The notes beneath the pieces are model-generated. The model worked only from the letters and a program-made list of their open reading frames with translations, searched no databases and had not been told where the DNA came from. Below are positions 1 to 9,624 of a stretch of DNA of 64,000 bases, piece by piece (positions within the stretch are counted from its first letter, which is position 1; every line of letters starts with the position of its first letter). The DNA is from Phycisphaerae bacterium (GTDB taxonomy: Bacteria; Planctomycetota; Phycisphaerae; UBA1845). The stretch covers positions 1,888,001 to 1,952,000 of the forward strand of contig CAXXGO010000001.1 in the NCBI GenBank assembly GCA_963666835.2, read 5' to 3'. The translations under genes and the position numbers were made by a program.

Positions 1-1
1 C

Positions 2-349
2 GTGTGCGATATGAGCTGCTGGCCGCCCAGCAGCGTGAGAGAAGATTGGGAAGCAGACATCGTCCTGCTCTTGGGTGCGGACAGGCTGGTTCTGGGCGTC
101 CCGGATCGCATGGCAAATGGAGAATGGCACCAGTACGACAGAGTTGGCTATTGCCTCGGCGGCGACGGGGAGTTCTTCGGGATTCGCGTGGACGGAATAG
201 GCAAAGACGAAATGAACGAGATCCAAGAGGCAGTGTCACGCATGCGGATCCAGAGAGACGAGACCGAAGAGGGCGATTCGGCGGATGAAACCCACCGTGG
301 CGCGCTCGGCCGGATGGCCCATATCCTCCGGAGATGGAGGAGACGATAA
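2..349 (+). CDS. hypothetical protein, probably 5'-truncated by the window edge
   Basis: Open frame from the window start with globular-like composition; no motif recognised. Confidence 0.45.
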   Translation: MCDMSCWPPSSVREDWEADIVLLLGADRLVLGVPDRMANGEWHQYDRVGYCLGGDGEFFGIRVDGIGKDEMNEIQEAVSRMRIQRDETEEGDSADETHRGALGRMAHILRRWRRR

Positions 350-451
350 CCATCGTATTCAGCTTCGCACGGTCGAGGCACGAGACCTGCCGCAACGGCG
401 CGCGAAGACATGCCTACATGCCGGGGCAGGTCACTGTTACCTTCTCCTGTA

Positions 452-3400
452 TCAGTACGGACCCTCGCCGGGGCGCCGGTCATCGTGGTCTTCCGCGCCG
501 GTCTCCTCGTCGTCGTCAAGCCCGGCAGGTCCGTTCGGTGGTGACGACGGTGTGTCTTCGGGGTCAGTGATGCAGCCGTTTTCGTCTTCCGGTGTCGGGG
601 TTTCTTCGTATGGCGACAGAGAGTCCGTCGGCGGATGGAGGCGGAACATTCCCTGGTCAGGCGCCTCGGGCTCGGGTTCGGGAGCGACGTTGTCCGATCG
701 ATCTTCGCTGCGCGGCGGAAGAGTCGGAATCTCAGGGAGCTTGTGCAAGACGGACGGCGGGGCGGGTGAGCCATCATCCATCGGCGCCAATAGCTCCTCG
801 ATGTCCCGGCGATCATCGTCATCCGTTGTTTCAAAGCTCTCGGCCTCGGCAGAGTCGAGCGATTCACTGCTCTGCGAATTCGAAGGCGGCTCCTGATCAT
901 CGGGCTTAAGGCTAATGTCCGACCCGTCCCGGTGGTCTTTCATATCATCCGGGGGCGGATAGGCGTCTTCCTGTTCGTCGCTTGGTGGCGCCGGCTCGGC
1001 GCTGGAGTCTCCCACAGTCACAGTTGGTGCGGACTCTTCCGTACCTGCGTCCTGCTCAACCGGTGCCGCGGGTTCGGCATCTGCCTCGGCGTCGCCGTCG
1101 GTGGTAGGAACTTCGGCGATAGTGGGCCTGCCCCATTTCTCCTCATCGGAGAGGTCTTCGTTCGGACTGGCCGGTTCCGCTTCGGTTGGTTCGTGGGATT
1201 CTATGGCAGAGTCTTCTCCGAGCGCGTGTTCCTCTTCCGTTGCCGTAACGCCGCCGGCGAACGTGCCGTCCGCAGCAGGCTCGTTCGCATCAACGTGACC
1301 CGGTTTGCGGACCTGCCACGCGTAGGGGGCGTCGCCACCTTCGTCGAATGTACCGGCCGTGCCGTCGGCGGAGGGCTCATCCGCCTCACTTGGCCGGCTC
1401 GACTCGTCGGACTCCTCCGGCTCAACCGGGTCGGACGCCTCGTACTGATCGCGATCCAACATCGCGCCGTCCGCGGGCGGACCGTCATCGGTCTCTGCGT
1501 CGGGCGGCGGCTCCGGCGGCAAAGTGGGAACAACGGGTACCACAGGAACTACGGCGACATCGCCTTCCGGTGGCAGGGTGATCGGCGGTTGCCTGCGCGC
1601 ACACCACCAGAGCCAGATGGCCAGTGGGATAAACGGCAGCATGGGCAGAGCGTCCCACCATGCGTCGCCGAGGCCCCACTTCTCGGGCACCGCATCGAAG
1701 CGGGCCATGATCCACGGGCCGAGGTGGGCCGGCGACACGGGTTCCTCCACGCCGCCTTCGAGCGGGTTGGCCCATCTCGGGCTACTCCACCACCATGAGA
1801 TAAACGCGGTGATTCCGGCTAATGCAACTCCGATCAGTCCCTGGCCCGCCACGAGACCGGATGCCGTCAGCACTCCGGGGTCATGCTCGGTTTGGCTCTT
1901 CTTCCGGCGGTCGATCAGCCAGCGGATAAGCCCGCCGACCATGATCGGAGTAGAGAGGCCCAACGGTAGGTACATACCGACGGCGAACGGCAACGCCGGC
2001 AGGCCGAGCATCTCGACGATGACCGCTGCGGCTCCGCCGATCATGATGAGAGTCCACGGAACCTGTCCGCCCAGGACCCCGTCGACCAGGATCTTCATGA
2101 TGTTAGCTTGATAGGCGGGCAAGGGGTGGGGGTGGTCGGGGGTTTCGACGAAGCCGTGGGTGTTGTTCAGGAGCAACAGAAGTCCGGCGATTGCTACCAC
2201 TGAGGTAAGCACCCCGATCATCTCTCCGCCTTGCTGCTTGTAGGGGGTGGCTTTCACCAGGAAACCGGTCTTGAGGTCTTGTGATGTATCTCCGGCGATC
2301 GACAGGGCGATGCACACAATCGCCCCTACCGACAGGCAGGTCAGCTTAAGTGCCAGAAGATCGGCATCCGCCATCTCGCCGGCCTTGTCCAATACAAAGA
2401 ACTTGAACACCAACGCCGTACCCAGTAAGGTGGCGATGGTCATCCCGGAGATCGGGTTCGACGAGCTGCCCACGATTCCGACCAGCCGGGCCGAGACTGT
2501 GACGAAGAAGAAACTGAACACCAGCACCGCAATCACGCCGACGGAGTTGAGCCCGATCTCGTCGAAGTGCCACATGGCGTAACCGAGCCCGGCAATAATG
2601 AGCACCAAGAGCGGGAAGGGAAAGTCCCTCTCCGTCCGGGCACGTTTACCCCGCCCGAAGGTGAATACGCCGACAATCACATGCCAGAGCGACGCCCCGA
2701 TGGTGCCGAAGCTCTTGAACAAGGAGATCAGTCCACCGATTGCCACCGCTCCGGCACCAATGTAGCGCACGTAGCTTTCATAGATGTCGTCCGGCGTCAT
2801 GCTCGCAATCGGCGCGGTGGTTTCCGGGAACACGGGCTGCTCGGCTCCGGCGCCGAAGAACCCGATAGCGGGGATGACAATGAACCAAGAGAGCAACGCC
2901 CCGCCCAGCATGTAGGCCGCCACCCGGACTCCGAGGATGTACCCAACACCCAGCAGCGCCGGGGAAGCGTCAAGCTGCGCTTCAGTGCGAAAACGCGCGA
3001 GGGAGACTCTTCCCGTTTCCTTCCAGACGCCCAGCAGCGCGAACAGATAATACACTCCGCCGACCACTGCACCGGCGATCACGGACTTGGCTCCGGTTCC
3101 ACCCCTTTCGCCGGATTGCAGAACCTCGGCGCAGGCAACGCCTTCGGGGAAGGGTAGGGTGCCGTGTTCCTTGACGATGAGCACCTGGCGCAACGGCACC
3201 ATGAAACACACCCCGAGCAGACCGCCAATCGCCCCCCACAAAACCATCTCCAGGTATGCCGGACTGCTGCCCATGATAAACAGTGCGGGAAGCGTGAAGA
3301 TCATCCCGGCCGCTACGCACTCGCCGGCCGAGCCGACGGTCTGCACCATGTTGCTCTCGAGCAGCGTGCCCCCGTGGAGGACTTTCCGCATGACCAGAAG

Positions 3401-3532
3401 CGCCACCACGGCCGCAGGGATGGAAGCGCTGATCGTCATACCGACTTTCAGCCCGACGAAGGCGTTTGCGGCGGCGAGCAGAGCTCCGATCAGCACGCCG
3501 AGAAGGACGGCTCGAAAAGAGAATTCGCGCAT
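452..3532 (-). CDS. OPT-family oligopeptide transporter with long acidic C-terminal extension
   Basis: MREFSFRAVLLG...GLKVGMTISASIPAAV, ESNMVQT, LPFPEG, GSSSNPISGMTIATL, SQDLKTGFLVKATP; many TM segments. ATG at 3532 follows AGGAAAGG. Confidence 0.9.
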   Translation of the reverse strand: MREFSFRAVLLGVLIGALLAAANAFVGLKVGMTISASIPAAVVALLVMRKVLHGGTLLESNMVQTVGSAGECVAAGMIFTLPALFIMGSSPAYLEMVLWGAIGGLLGVCFMVPLRQVLIVKEHGTLPFPEGVACAEVLQSGERGGTGAKSVIAGAVVGGVYYLFALLGVWKETGRVSLARFRTEAQLDASPALLGVGYILGVRVAAYMLGGALLSWFIVIPAIGFFGAGAEQPVFPETTAPIASMTPDDIYESYVRYIGAGAVAIGGLISLFKSFGTIGASLWHVIVGVFTFGRGKRARTERDFPFPLLVLIIAGLGYAMWHFDEIGLNSVGVIAVLVFSFFFVTVSARLVGIVGSSSNPISGMTIATLLGTALVFKFFVLDKAGEMADADLLALKLTCLSVGAIVCIALSIAGDTSQDLKTGFLVKATPYKQQGGEMIGVLTSVVAIAGLLLLLNNTHGFVETPDHPHPLPAYQANIMKILVDGVLGGQVPWTLIMIGGAAAVIVEMLGLPALPFAVGMYLPLGLSTPIMVGGLIRWLIDRRKKSQTEHDPGVLTASGLVAGQGLIGVALAGITAFISWWWSSPRWANPLEGGVEEPVSPAHLGPWIMARFDAVPEKWGLGDAWWDALPMLPFIPLAIWLWWCARRQPPITLPPEGDVAVVPVVPVVPTLPPEPPPDAETDDGPPADGAMLDRDQYEASDPVEPEESDESSRPSEADEPSADGTAGTFDEGGDAPYAWQVRKPGHVDANEPAADGTFAGGVTATEEEHALGEDSAIESHEPTEAEPASPNEDLSDEEKWGRPTIAEVPTTDGDAEADAEPAAPVEQDAGTEESAPTVTVGDSSAEPAPPSDEQEDAYPPPDDMKDHRDGSDISLKPDDQEPPSNSQSSESLDSAEAESFETTDDDDRRDIEELLAPMDDGSPAPPSVLHKLPEIPTLPPRSEDRSDNVAPEPEPEAPDQGMFRLHPPTDSLSPYEETPTPEDENGCITDPEDTPSSPPNGPAGLDDDEETGAEDHDDRRPGEGPY

Positions 3533-3607
3533 CGTAGTCCTTTCCTGCACTTGGGACCGGCGGTTCAGCCGGGAAGCGGGATTGCATCCGATCGCACCCG
3601 CCGTCAC

Positions 3608-3616
3608 ATTATACCA
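3608..3616 (-). promoter_or_regulatory. extended -10 promoter candidate for the OPT gene
   Basis: TGG-TATAAT on the minus strand about 75 nt upstream of the ATG; no clear -35. Confidence 0.4.
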
Positions 3617-3650
3617 GAATTCACCTGGTAAGGAGTGTAAGGTCTTGTGC

Positions 3651-4385
3651 ATGAACGGTGATTGCGGTGGCACTGCGGATGAGGATAGGGACGGGTCGTC
3701 GGGGCTCTTCGAGTGGCGTGGGAAGGCGGCGTACTATCGGGGTCTGCCGGCCGAGCGGCGCGTCGTTCAGGTGGGCGACCGAATCTATGAGTTGTACGCG
3801 CTGGAGGACGCCGCCGACCTGTTGGACGAGCCTGATTTCGCCGCACACTTCTTGGAAGAGGACCGTGCCCCCTACGGTCTGGAGCTGTGGCCCGCGGCGA
3901 CCATGCTGGCCGAGTATCTCCAAAGCGGGGATCCGGGCGCCGGGCGGACTGCGATAGAGCTGGGCTGCGGAGTGGGGTTGGTCGCGATGGCCGCTACGGA
4001 CGCCGGCTGGCGCGTGCTGGCCACCGACCACGAGCCCACTTCCCTCCGTTTCGCTCGCTACAACGCCGAGGTGAATGCCGCGGGGGTCGAAGCGTGGGAA
4101 CTGCTGGATTGGAACGCTCCCCCGGAAGGTCGCCGATTCGATCTGGTCCTTGCCGCGGACGTGCTCTATCAGACAATCGATCACGCGCCGCTCTTGAGGT
4201 GTTTTGAGCGGCTTTTGGCCCCTGGGGGCACAGTGTTGGTAGCCGATCCGCGTCGCCGGCTTGCGGACGGGTTCGCGGCGAAGGCCGAGGCCGCCGGATT
4301 CACGGTTGAGATTCTCCCAACCGAAGCGCCCGGTTCTCAAGGACGCACGGTCCGGGGTCGGATCTTCCGCATGAAACGCATCTGA
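3651..4385 (+). CDS. class I SAM-dependent methyltransferase (family 16 / protein-lysine MTase-like)
   Basis: PYGLELWPAA, motif I IELGCGVG, ATDH, LDW and post-II AADVLY (DXXY). Confidence 0.8.
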   Translation: MNGDCGGTADEDRDGSSGLFEWRGKAAYYRGLPAERRVVQVGDRIYELYALEDAADLLDEPDFAAHFLEEDRAPYGLELWPAATMLAEYLQSGDPGAGRTAIELGCGVGLVAMAATDAGWRVLATDHEPTSLRFARYNAEVNAAGVEAWELLDWNAPPEGRRFDLVLAADVLYQTIDHAPLLRCFERLLAPGGTVLVADPRRRLADGFAAKAEAAGFTVEILPTEAPGSQGRTVRGRIFRMKRI

Positions 4386-4532
4386 GCCTATCCATTCAGG
4401 GTGTGCTTGCAGGCGCGGGCTTGGCGGGCTTCGTCAAGGCGGGTCATTCAAGTACCGATAATACAGTGATTGGGCGCCTTGCCGCATCGAGAGCGGGCGC
4501 TGGTCCTTATGTCTCTGAGGAGCACCCCAATA

Positions 4533-5141
4533 GTGAGCACCATCCACGAACCGACCGCGGCCGTGTTTGTACATCCCAGCGCGCTTTGTGAAGCCCAGGG
4601 AGTCGGCGAGGGAACCCGAGTCTGGGCGTTTGCCCATGTGATGGACGGAGCCCGGGTGGGGCGTGACTGCAACATCTGCGACGGGGCGTTTATTGAAAGC
4701 GGAGCTGGCATCGGCGACCGCGTAACGGTCAAGAACGGGGCGATGGTCTGGGACGGGGTCACCGTTGAGGACGACGTTTTCCTGGGTCCGGGCATGCTGT
4801 TCACGAATGACCGCTACCCGCGAAGTGGACGAATGCTAGAGGCTAGCAAGAGATATCGTGACGCCGCCAATTGGTTGACGCCCACTACGGTTCGCCGCGG
4901 GGCTTCCATCGGCGCAGGGGCGGTCATCGTCTGCGGAGTTACCATCGGGCGGTTCGCGGTCGTCGGGGCGGGCGCCTTGGTGACTCGCGATGTGCCGGAC
5001 TACCGACTGGTAGTGGGTCGCCCGGCCACGCCAGCGGGATGGATGTGCGCGTGTGGACTGCCTCTGGATGATAATCTGACATGCGCAGAGTGCCGGCGGG
5101 GCTACCGACTCGAATCCGATACTCTGATCCCGGCCGATTAG
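4533..5141 (+). CDS. hexapeptide-repeat N-acetyltransferase (WbpD/WlbB-like)
   Basis: VHPSALCE, GEGTRVWAF, FTNDRYPRS, GASIGAGAVIVCG, C-terminal CxCG..CxxC. GTG follows GAGGAG. Confidence 0.85.
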   Translation: MSTIHEPTAAVFVHPSALCEAQGVGEGTRVWAFAHVMDGARVGRDCNICDGAFIESGAGIGDRVTVKNGAMVWDGVTVEDDVFLGPGMLFTNDRYPRSGRMLEASKRYRDAANWLTPTTVRRGASIGAGAVIVCGVTIGRFAVVGAGALVTRDVPDYRLVVGRPATPAGWMCACGLPLDDNLTCAECRRGYRLESDTLIPAD

Positions 5142-5385
5142 GCTGGGCCAATCCGACCTGGTGTTGCGGCTGGCGATGGGCGATCGGCATCGGTGGTTGG
5201 CGGACCGCTCGCGGTGCATTTCACATGTGATTTGTTGCGGCTCGTTCCGATGGGTGGGGCTTAGAGCACTATCCGGAGGATTTCGTCTTACACGGCAGAC
5301 TCAGTCGGTCTATACTGGGCGGTGTCCGGACGGCAGGACGGGATACTGTCAGAGGGGAGGACCTGCCGTCGGTTAAGGAGAACCG

Positions 5386-6387
5386 ATGCGACGAATCGCC
5401 GTAATCAACCAGAAGGGCGGCGTGGGGAAGACGACCACGACGGCGAATCTCGGGGGGGCTCTGGCTCAGGCCGGTAAGCGCGTGCTGCTGGCGGACCTTG
5501 ATCCCCAGGCCCACCTTACGCTGCACTTCGGAGTGGAGCTGACGGACGGGCAGCATAGCGCGTACGATCTTCTGACGGGATCGGCGCCCGTTGCGGACGT
5601 CAGTCTTGCGGCGCGCGAGAACATCACGCTCATTCCCGCCGACATCGATCTCGCGGCCGCCGAGGTGGAGCTGATCAGTGTTACGGGGCGTGAGGTCATT
5701 CTTCGCGAGGCCCTTCAGAAGGTCGAGGACGATTTCGATGTTCTGCTAATCGACTGTCCGCCATCGCTGGGGGTCCTGACGGTCAATGCGTTGGTGGCCG
5801 CACGGGAGGTCGTCATTCCCCTGCAGGCCCAGTTCTTTGCGTTGCAGGGGTTGGGCAAGCTGTTGGATACGGTGACCCTGGTTCGACAGCGGATCAATCC
5901 GGACCTGGTAGTTGCTGGATTGGTTCTGTGCATGCACGAGTCGGCGACGCGGCTGGCGGGTGAAGTTGTCGAGGATGTCATTCGGTTCCTGCAAGGTACG
6001 CGGGGGACTGACTGTGCCTGGTCCACGGCGAGGTTGTTTGACGCCCGGATCCGTCGGAACATCAAGTTGGCCGAGGCATCCAGTTTCGGCAAGACGATCT
6101 TCGAGTACGCGCCGCGAAGCAACGGCTTCGCGGATTACTCGGCGCTGGCGACCGAGATGTTTGGCATTGCGTCCGTGGTTGATCTCGCACCCGCCGGGGT
6201 AGATGGGAAAGCGGCCTCGATGGCACTCGGTCCGACAGCCGCCCGCCCAATGCGGCAAAAGAGCACGGCTGCGGAACCGGCGACGATGCCCCGGCCCGCA
6301 CCCAACGGCGCTGAAGAACCCTCCGGTAGCTTCGCAACCTGCAATCGTTCTCGGTGGATAAGCAACCATGACGCCTGGCGTTGGTAA
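5386..6387 (+). CDS. ParA/Soj family ATPase (orphan, no parB)
   Basis: NQKGGVGKTTT, DLDPQ, IDCPPSLG, RRNIKLAEASSFG. RBS TAAGGAG. Confidence 0.9.
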   Translation: MRRIAVINQKGGVGKTTTTANLGGALAQAGKRVLLADLDPQAHLTLHFGVELTDGQHSAYDLLTGSAPVADVSLAARENITLIPADIDLAAAEVELISVTGREVILREALQKVEDDFDVLLIDCPPSLGVLTVNALVAAREVVIPLQAQFFALQGLGKLLDTVTLVRQRINPDLVVAGLVLCMHESATRLAGEVVEDVIRFLQGTRGTDCAWSTARLFDARIRRNIKLAEASSFGKTIFEYAPRSNGFADYSALATEMFGIASVVDLAPAGVDGKAASMALGPTAARPMRQKSTAAEPATMPRPAPNGAEEPSGSFATCNRSRWISNHDAWRW

Positions 6388-6781
6388 TCGCCCGGGGCGG
6401 TCTGTAAGGCTGGGGGTCTGGATCGTTTACTGGGTTGTCCTCTTTGTGGTGAATCACCGCCCGCTCCCCGGTTCGATCGGACTGCCCGGTGTATGGGCGG
6501 ACAAGGCCGTACACTTCGGGCTATACCTCGTCTTGACCCTGCTTGCCGGATGGTATTTGAGTTCGGCGGGGCGCCGGCCTTCCGTTCGATCGCTGCTGAT
6601 GTGGGCGGCGGTCTTTCTTGTGTATGCCGGGTTTGACGAGTGGCTGCAGCAATACGTGGGGCGGACGATGAGTTTAGCGGACTTTATCGCAGACGCTGCA
6701 GGGATCGCCGCAGGGACGTTGGTGGTGGCGAATCGCCGGCGCAAACCTCAGCCGGCGATGCCCGCTGCAGGATCACCGTAG
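6368..6781 (+). CDS. VanZ family membrane protein
   Basis: DKAVHFGLY, FDEWLQQYVGRTMSLADFIAD. Confidence 0.85.
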   Translation: MTPGVGNRPGRSVRLGVWIVYWVVLFVVNHRPLPGSIGLPGVWADKAVHFGLYLVLTLLAGWYLSSAGRRPSVRSLLMWAAVFLVYAGFDEWLQQYVGRTMSLADFIADAAGIAAGTLVVANRRRKPQPAMPAAGSP

Positions 6782-6788
6782 CCCGGCC

Positions 6789-6810
6789 CATGTAACATTA
6801 CGTTAACATG
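6789..6810 (+). promoter_or_regulatory. candidate OmpR-family binding site
   Basis: TGTAACA-ttac-GTTAACA heptamers 11 bp apart, also quasi-palindromic, upstream of the response regulator. Confidence 0.4.
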
Positions 6811-6896
6811 TGGCGGGGCGCAGGGCGTGAGCGGGTAGAATTCCCCGGGCTTAATGTTGTTGGGTGACGTCGGCGTCCGAGAAGGGTTGACGAGTA

Positions 6897-7634
6897 ATGG
6901 CCAAGAGAAGAACCGTCGTGGTTGTCGAGGATGAGAGTGCAATTCGGCGTGGTATCGTTGATATGCTCAAGGTGGCCGGGTTTGATCCGGTCGAAGCGGC
7001 CGACGGAGAGACCGGCCTGAAGGAAGCACAACGAACGGGCGTGGAACTGGTCCTGCTTGATTTGCTCCTCCCGAAGATGGATGGGTTCAGTGTATTGGAG
7101 AAACTGCGCGTAACACGCCCTTCTCTGCCGGTCATTATTCTAACGGCGCGGGGATCCGAGGATGATCGGGTCCGGGGTTTGCGCGGCGGCGCGGATGACT
7201 ATGTGATGAAGCCGTTTTCCGCGCGCGAGCTGTTGGCCCGGATAGATGCGGTGCTCCGCCGGAGCCCTGAACGACCCGCTCCGGTTACGCTGATTCGTGG
7301 GGCGGGAGTGTTGGTGGATTGCGGACGCCGGGAGATCTCGCACGCCGATGGGACCCGCGTGGCTTTGTCCGAGATGGAGGCCGGGATCATGCAACGCCTC
7401 GCCGCTCTGGGCGGGCGGGCGGTGTCGCGGGAGGAGTTGCTCTCCAGTGTCTGGGGGATTCGCGACGGCGTGGTCGAGACCCGGGCGATTGACATGCACA
7501 TTACGAGGCTCAGGCAGAAGCTGGCCGGGGAGTCCACCGAGACTGGGTTGGAGTGGATTGTCACCGTGCGGGGGAAGGGCTATATGCTCGGTTCGGATCT
7601 TGAGGTTACGACGGTGGGCCAGGACGAGGGGTAG
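6897..7634 (+). CDS. OmpR/PhoB-family response regulator
   Basis: Receiver VVEDE, LLDLLLP, ILTA, GADDYVMKPF; winged helix IDMHITRLRQKL, TVRGKGY. Confidence 0.93.
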   Translation: MAKRRTVVVVEDESAIRRGIVDMLKVAGFDPVEAADGETGLKEAQRTGVELVLLDLLLPKMDGFSVLEKLRVTRPSLPVIILTARGSEDDRVRGLRGGADDYVMKPFSARELLARIDAVLRRSPERPAPVTLIRGAGVLVDCGRREISHADGTRVALSEMEAGIMQRLAALGGRAVSREELLSSVWGIRDGVVETRAIDMHITRLRQKLAGESTETGLEWIVTVRGKGYMLGSDLEVTTVGQDEG

Positions 7635-7639
7635 CTGCC

Positions 7640-9523
7640 ATGACCGGCTCGCAGAAGAACAAGCTGGCGTCGCTGGTCGGCTTTGTGCTCATCGCCGTGC
7701 TGGTTGTGGGGGGGATGGCCTGGGCGACGGTGGCGACGTTCGATCTCGAGAAGGAGAACGTCCGCCGAGAACATCTCAAGAACGTCTTGCTTGCCGTTTC
7801 GGAGATCGACAGTCACATTCGTGGGGTGCTTAAGTCGGAGACGTCTCGACCGTTCACGGACTACCTGAAGTTGCACACTGCCGAGCCGGTTGCGGGTTGG
7901 AGCGAGGGTGGAGCCACGGAGGACGTGGATCTGGTGGTCTTACGCTCTCCCATAAGGGAGTCCGGACCGGCGTACGAATGGGTGGATTTGTATTTCCAGG
8001 CCGTCGAGGACGGCACCTGGTCGACCCCGCAGGTTGCGGCGGACGGACGGGACCCCGAGATGCTCGAGTGGCTCCAGGCGGTGCTTCCTATCCGAGAATT
8101 GGAGAAGCGGGTAAGGCAGGCCACGAAAAGAGACGAGGCCGTAGCGGATAGTGTCGACGGTTTGTCATCGGTACGGCGGAATGCTCAGGCAGCGCGCGGT
8201 GGGCACTCTCATAGGCGCCCTCATGAGCATTTTCCGCCTCCGGCTTGGCGAGATTACCAACGGCGCCGGGAGAGTAGGATCGCGGCGCAACGTGAGTCCC
8301 TTCCCGGTGACCAATGTGTGCCGGTGCGTCTGGTGGAGGAGTTTTTGGCAGGGTCACCGTCAGACCCTTTGGCGCCGGATCGCCACCTTTACGTTTGCAC
8401 TCCGCCGGTTGCGGTGGGGCTTTCGCTCGATCCGATGGCCACGTTCTGGATCGAACCTTCGGATGAGATCGGGCGCAAACTGGCATTCGTGCGAACGGGA
8501 TACGAGGACGACAAGCTCGTTCGGCAGGGGTTCATCGCAGATTGGGAGAAGCTCAAAAACGAACTGCTCAGCATGATCAAGCCATGGTTCCCCGAGGCGG
8601 ACCTGGAGCCTCTGCCGGATGAGTTGGCGGTGGACCTGGCGACAAGCGAGACGGCCATCGCGTCGATAAACGTCCGGTTGCAGGTTCCCGAGTCCCCCGG
8701 TGAGACGTCGGCGGCGGCTTGGCGGAATATCCGCGGAGTCATGTACACGACGTGGGGGGTTGCCGTGGCGGTGTTAGTGCTGGCAGCGTGGGGCGTACGC
8801 AACTTGGTGGCACTTACGGAACGACGAATGCAATTCGCCTATGCGGTTACGCATGAACTGCGTACGCCGTTGACCACTTTCCGGCTCTATGCGGATATGC
8901 TCTCGGCAGGGTTGGTGCCGGAGGATGCCAAGGAAGAGTATCTCGACACGCTCAACCGGGAGTCCATGCGGCTGTCGAGTTTGGTGGAGGGTGTCCTCGA
9001 ATATGCCCGGATCGAGAACCAGAAGGTCAGGTTGAAGCCCGTAGAGACCGATGCGGATGCCCTGATGGCGTCCGTGGCTGATACCCTCAACAAACGTTGC
9101 GACAGCAGCGGGGTGGAGCCGCGGAGCGAGAGCAAGGTGGACGGGAGCAGGCAGCTCCGCATCGATGTGGACGCGGTCAATCAGATCCTCGGCGTACTTA
9201 TTGCCAACGCCTGCCGGCATGCGCGCGATTCCGACAGTCCCGCCGTTCTGGTTCGCCTGACCGGGGATGAGGGAAGACTGTATCTGGACGTTATTGATAG
9301 CGGTCCGGGGATCGACCGCGCCGATGCCCGGACCATATTCAAACCCTTCCGGCGGGGGCGGAGGGCTGCAGTTGCAGCCCACGGAGGAATCGGTCTTGGG
9401 CTGGCCCTCGCTCGTGACTGGGCCCAACTGGTGGGGGGGCGGTTGGATCTTATCGCGCGACATCACTCGCAATACGGCGGCGCCCATTTCCGCCTGACCA
9501 TCCCGGCCCGGATCCCCGAGTAA
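7640..9523 (+). CDS. membrane sensor histidine kinase
   Basis: Two TM helices around a large extracytoplasmic domain; H-box VTHELRTPL, N-box LIANA, DSGPG, GIGLGL. Confidence 0.92.
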   Translation: MTGSQKNKLASLVGFVLIAVLVVGGMAWATVATFDLEKENVRREHLKNVLLAVSEIDSHIRGVLKSETSRPFTDYLKLHTAEPVAGWSEGGATEDVDLVVLRSPIRESGPAYEWVDLYFQAVEDGTWSTPQVAADGRDPEMLEWLQAVLPIRELEKRVRQATKRDEAVADSVDGLSSVRRNAQAARGGHSHRRPHEHFPPPAWRDYQRRRESRIAAQRESLPGDQCVPVRLVEEFLAGSPSDPLAPDRHLYVCTPPVAVGLSLDPMATFWIEPSDEIGRKLAFVRTGYEDDKLVRQGFIADWEKLKNELLSMIKPWFPEADLEPLPDELAVDLATSETAIASINVRLQVPESPGETSAAAWRNIRGVMYTTWGVAVAVLVLAAWGVRNLVALTERRMQFAYAVTHELRTPLTTFRLYADMLSAGLVPEDAKEEYLDTLNRESMRLSSLVEGVLEYARIENQKVRLKPVETDADALMASVADTLNKRCDSSGVEPRSESKVDGSRQLRIDVDAVNQILGVLIANACRHARDSDSPAVLVRLTGDEGRLYLDVIDSGPGIDRADARTIFKPFRRGRRAAVAAHGGIGLGLALARDWAQLVGGRLDLIARHHSQYGGAHFRLTIPARIPE

Positions 9524-9567
9524 TCCGTGCCCGCCGATTCGCGGGCCAAAAAAAGTGCCCCATCCTC

Positions 9568-9611
9568 TTGACGGCATACTATGGGCATAGTAGGATTGCT
9601 ACCTGTCTAGT
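9568..9611 (+). promoter_or_regulatory. sigma70-type promoter with two BlaI-type operator candidates
   Basis: TTGACG-N17-TAGGAT (9568-9596); palindrome TACTATG-GG-CATAGTA (9577-9592); second site GCTA-N6-TAGT (9598-9611). Confidence 0.65.
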
Positions 9612-9624
9612 AGGGAGGTCGGCG

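Noticed and set aside
3533..3673. Upstream extensions of ORF-track starts (OPT, ftcD, PPIases, FemAB-like and others)
   Set aside because: Downstream starts have an RBS and match the family N-termini; the extensions overlap promoters or neighbouring genes.
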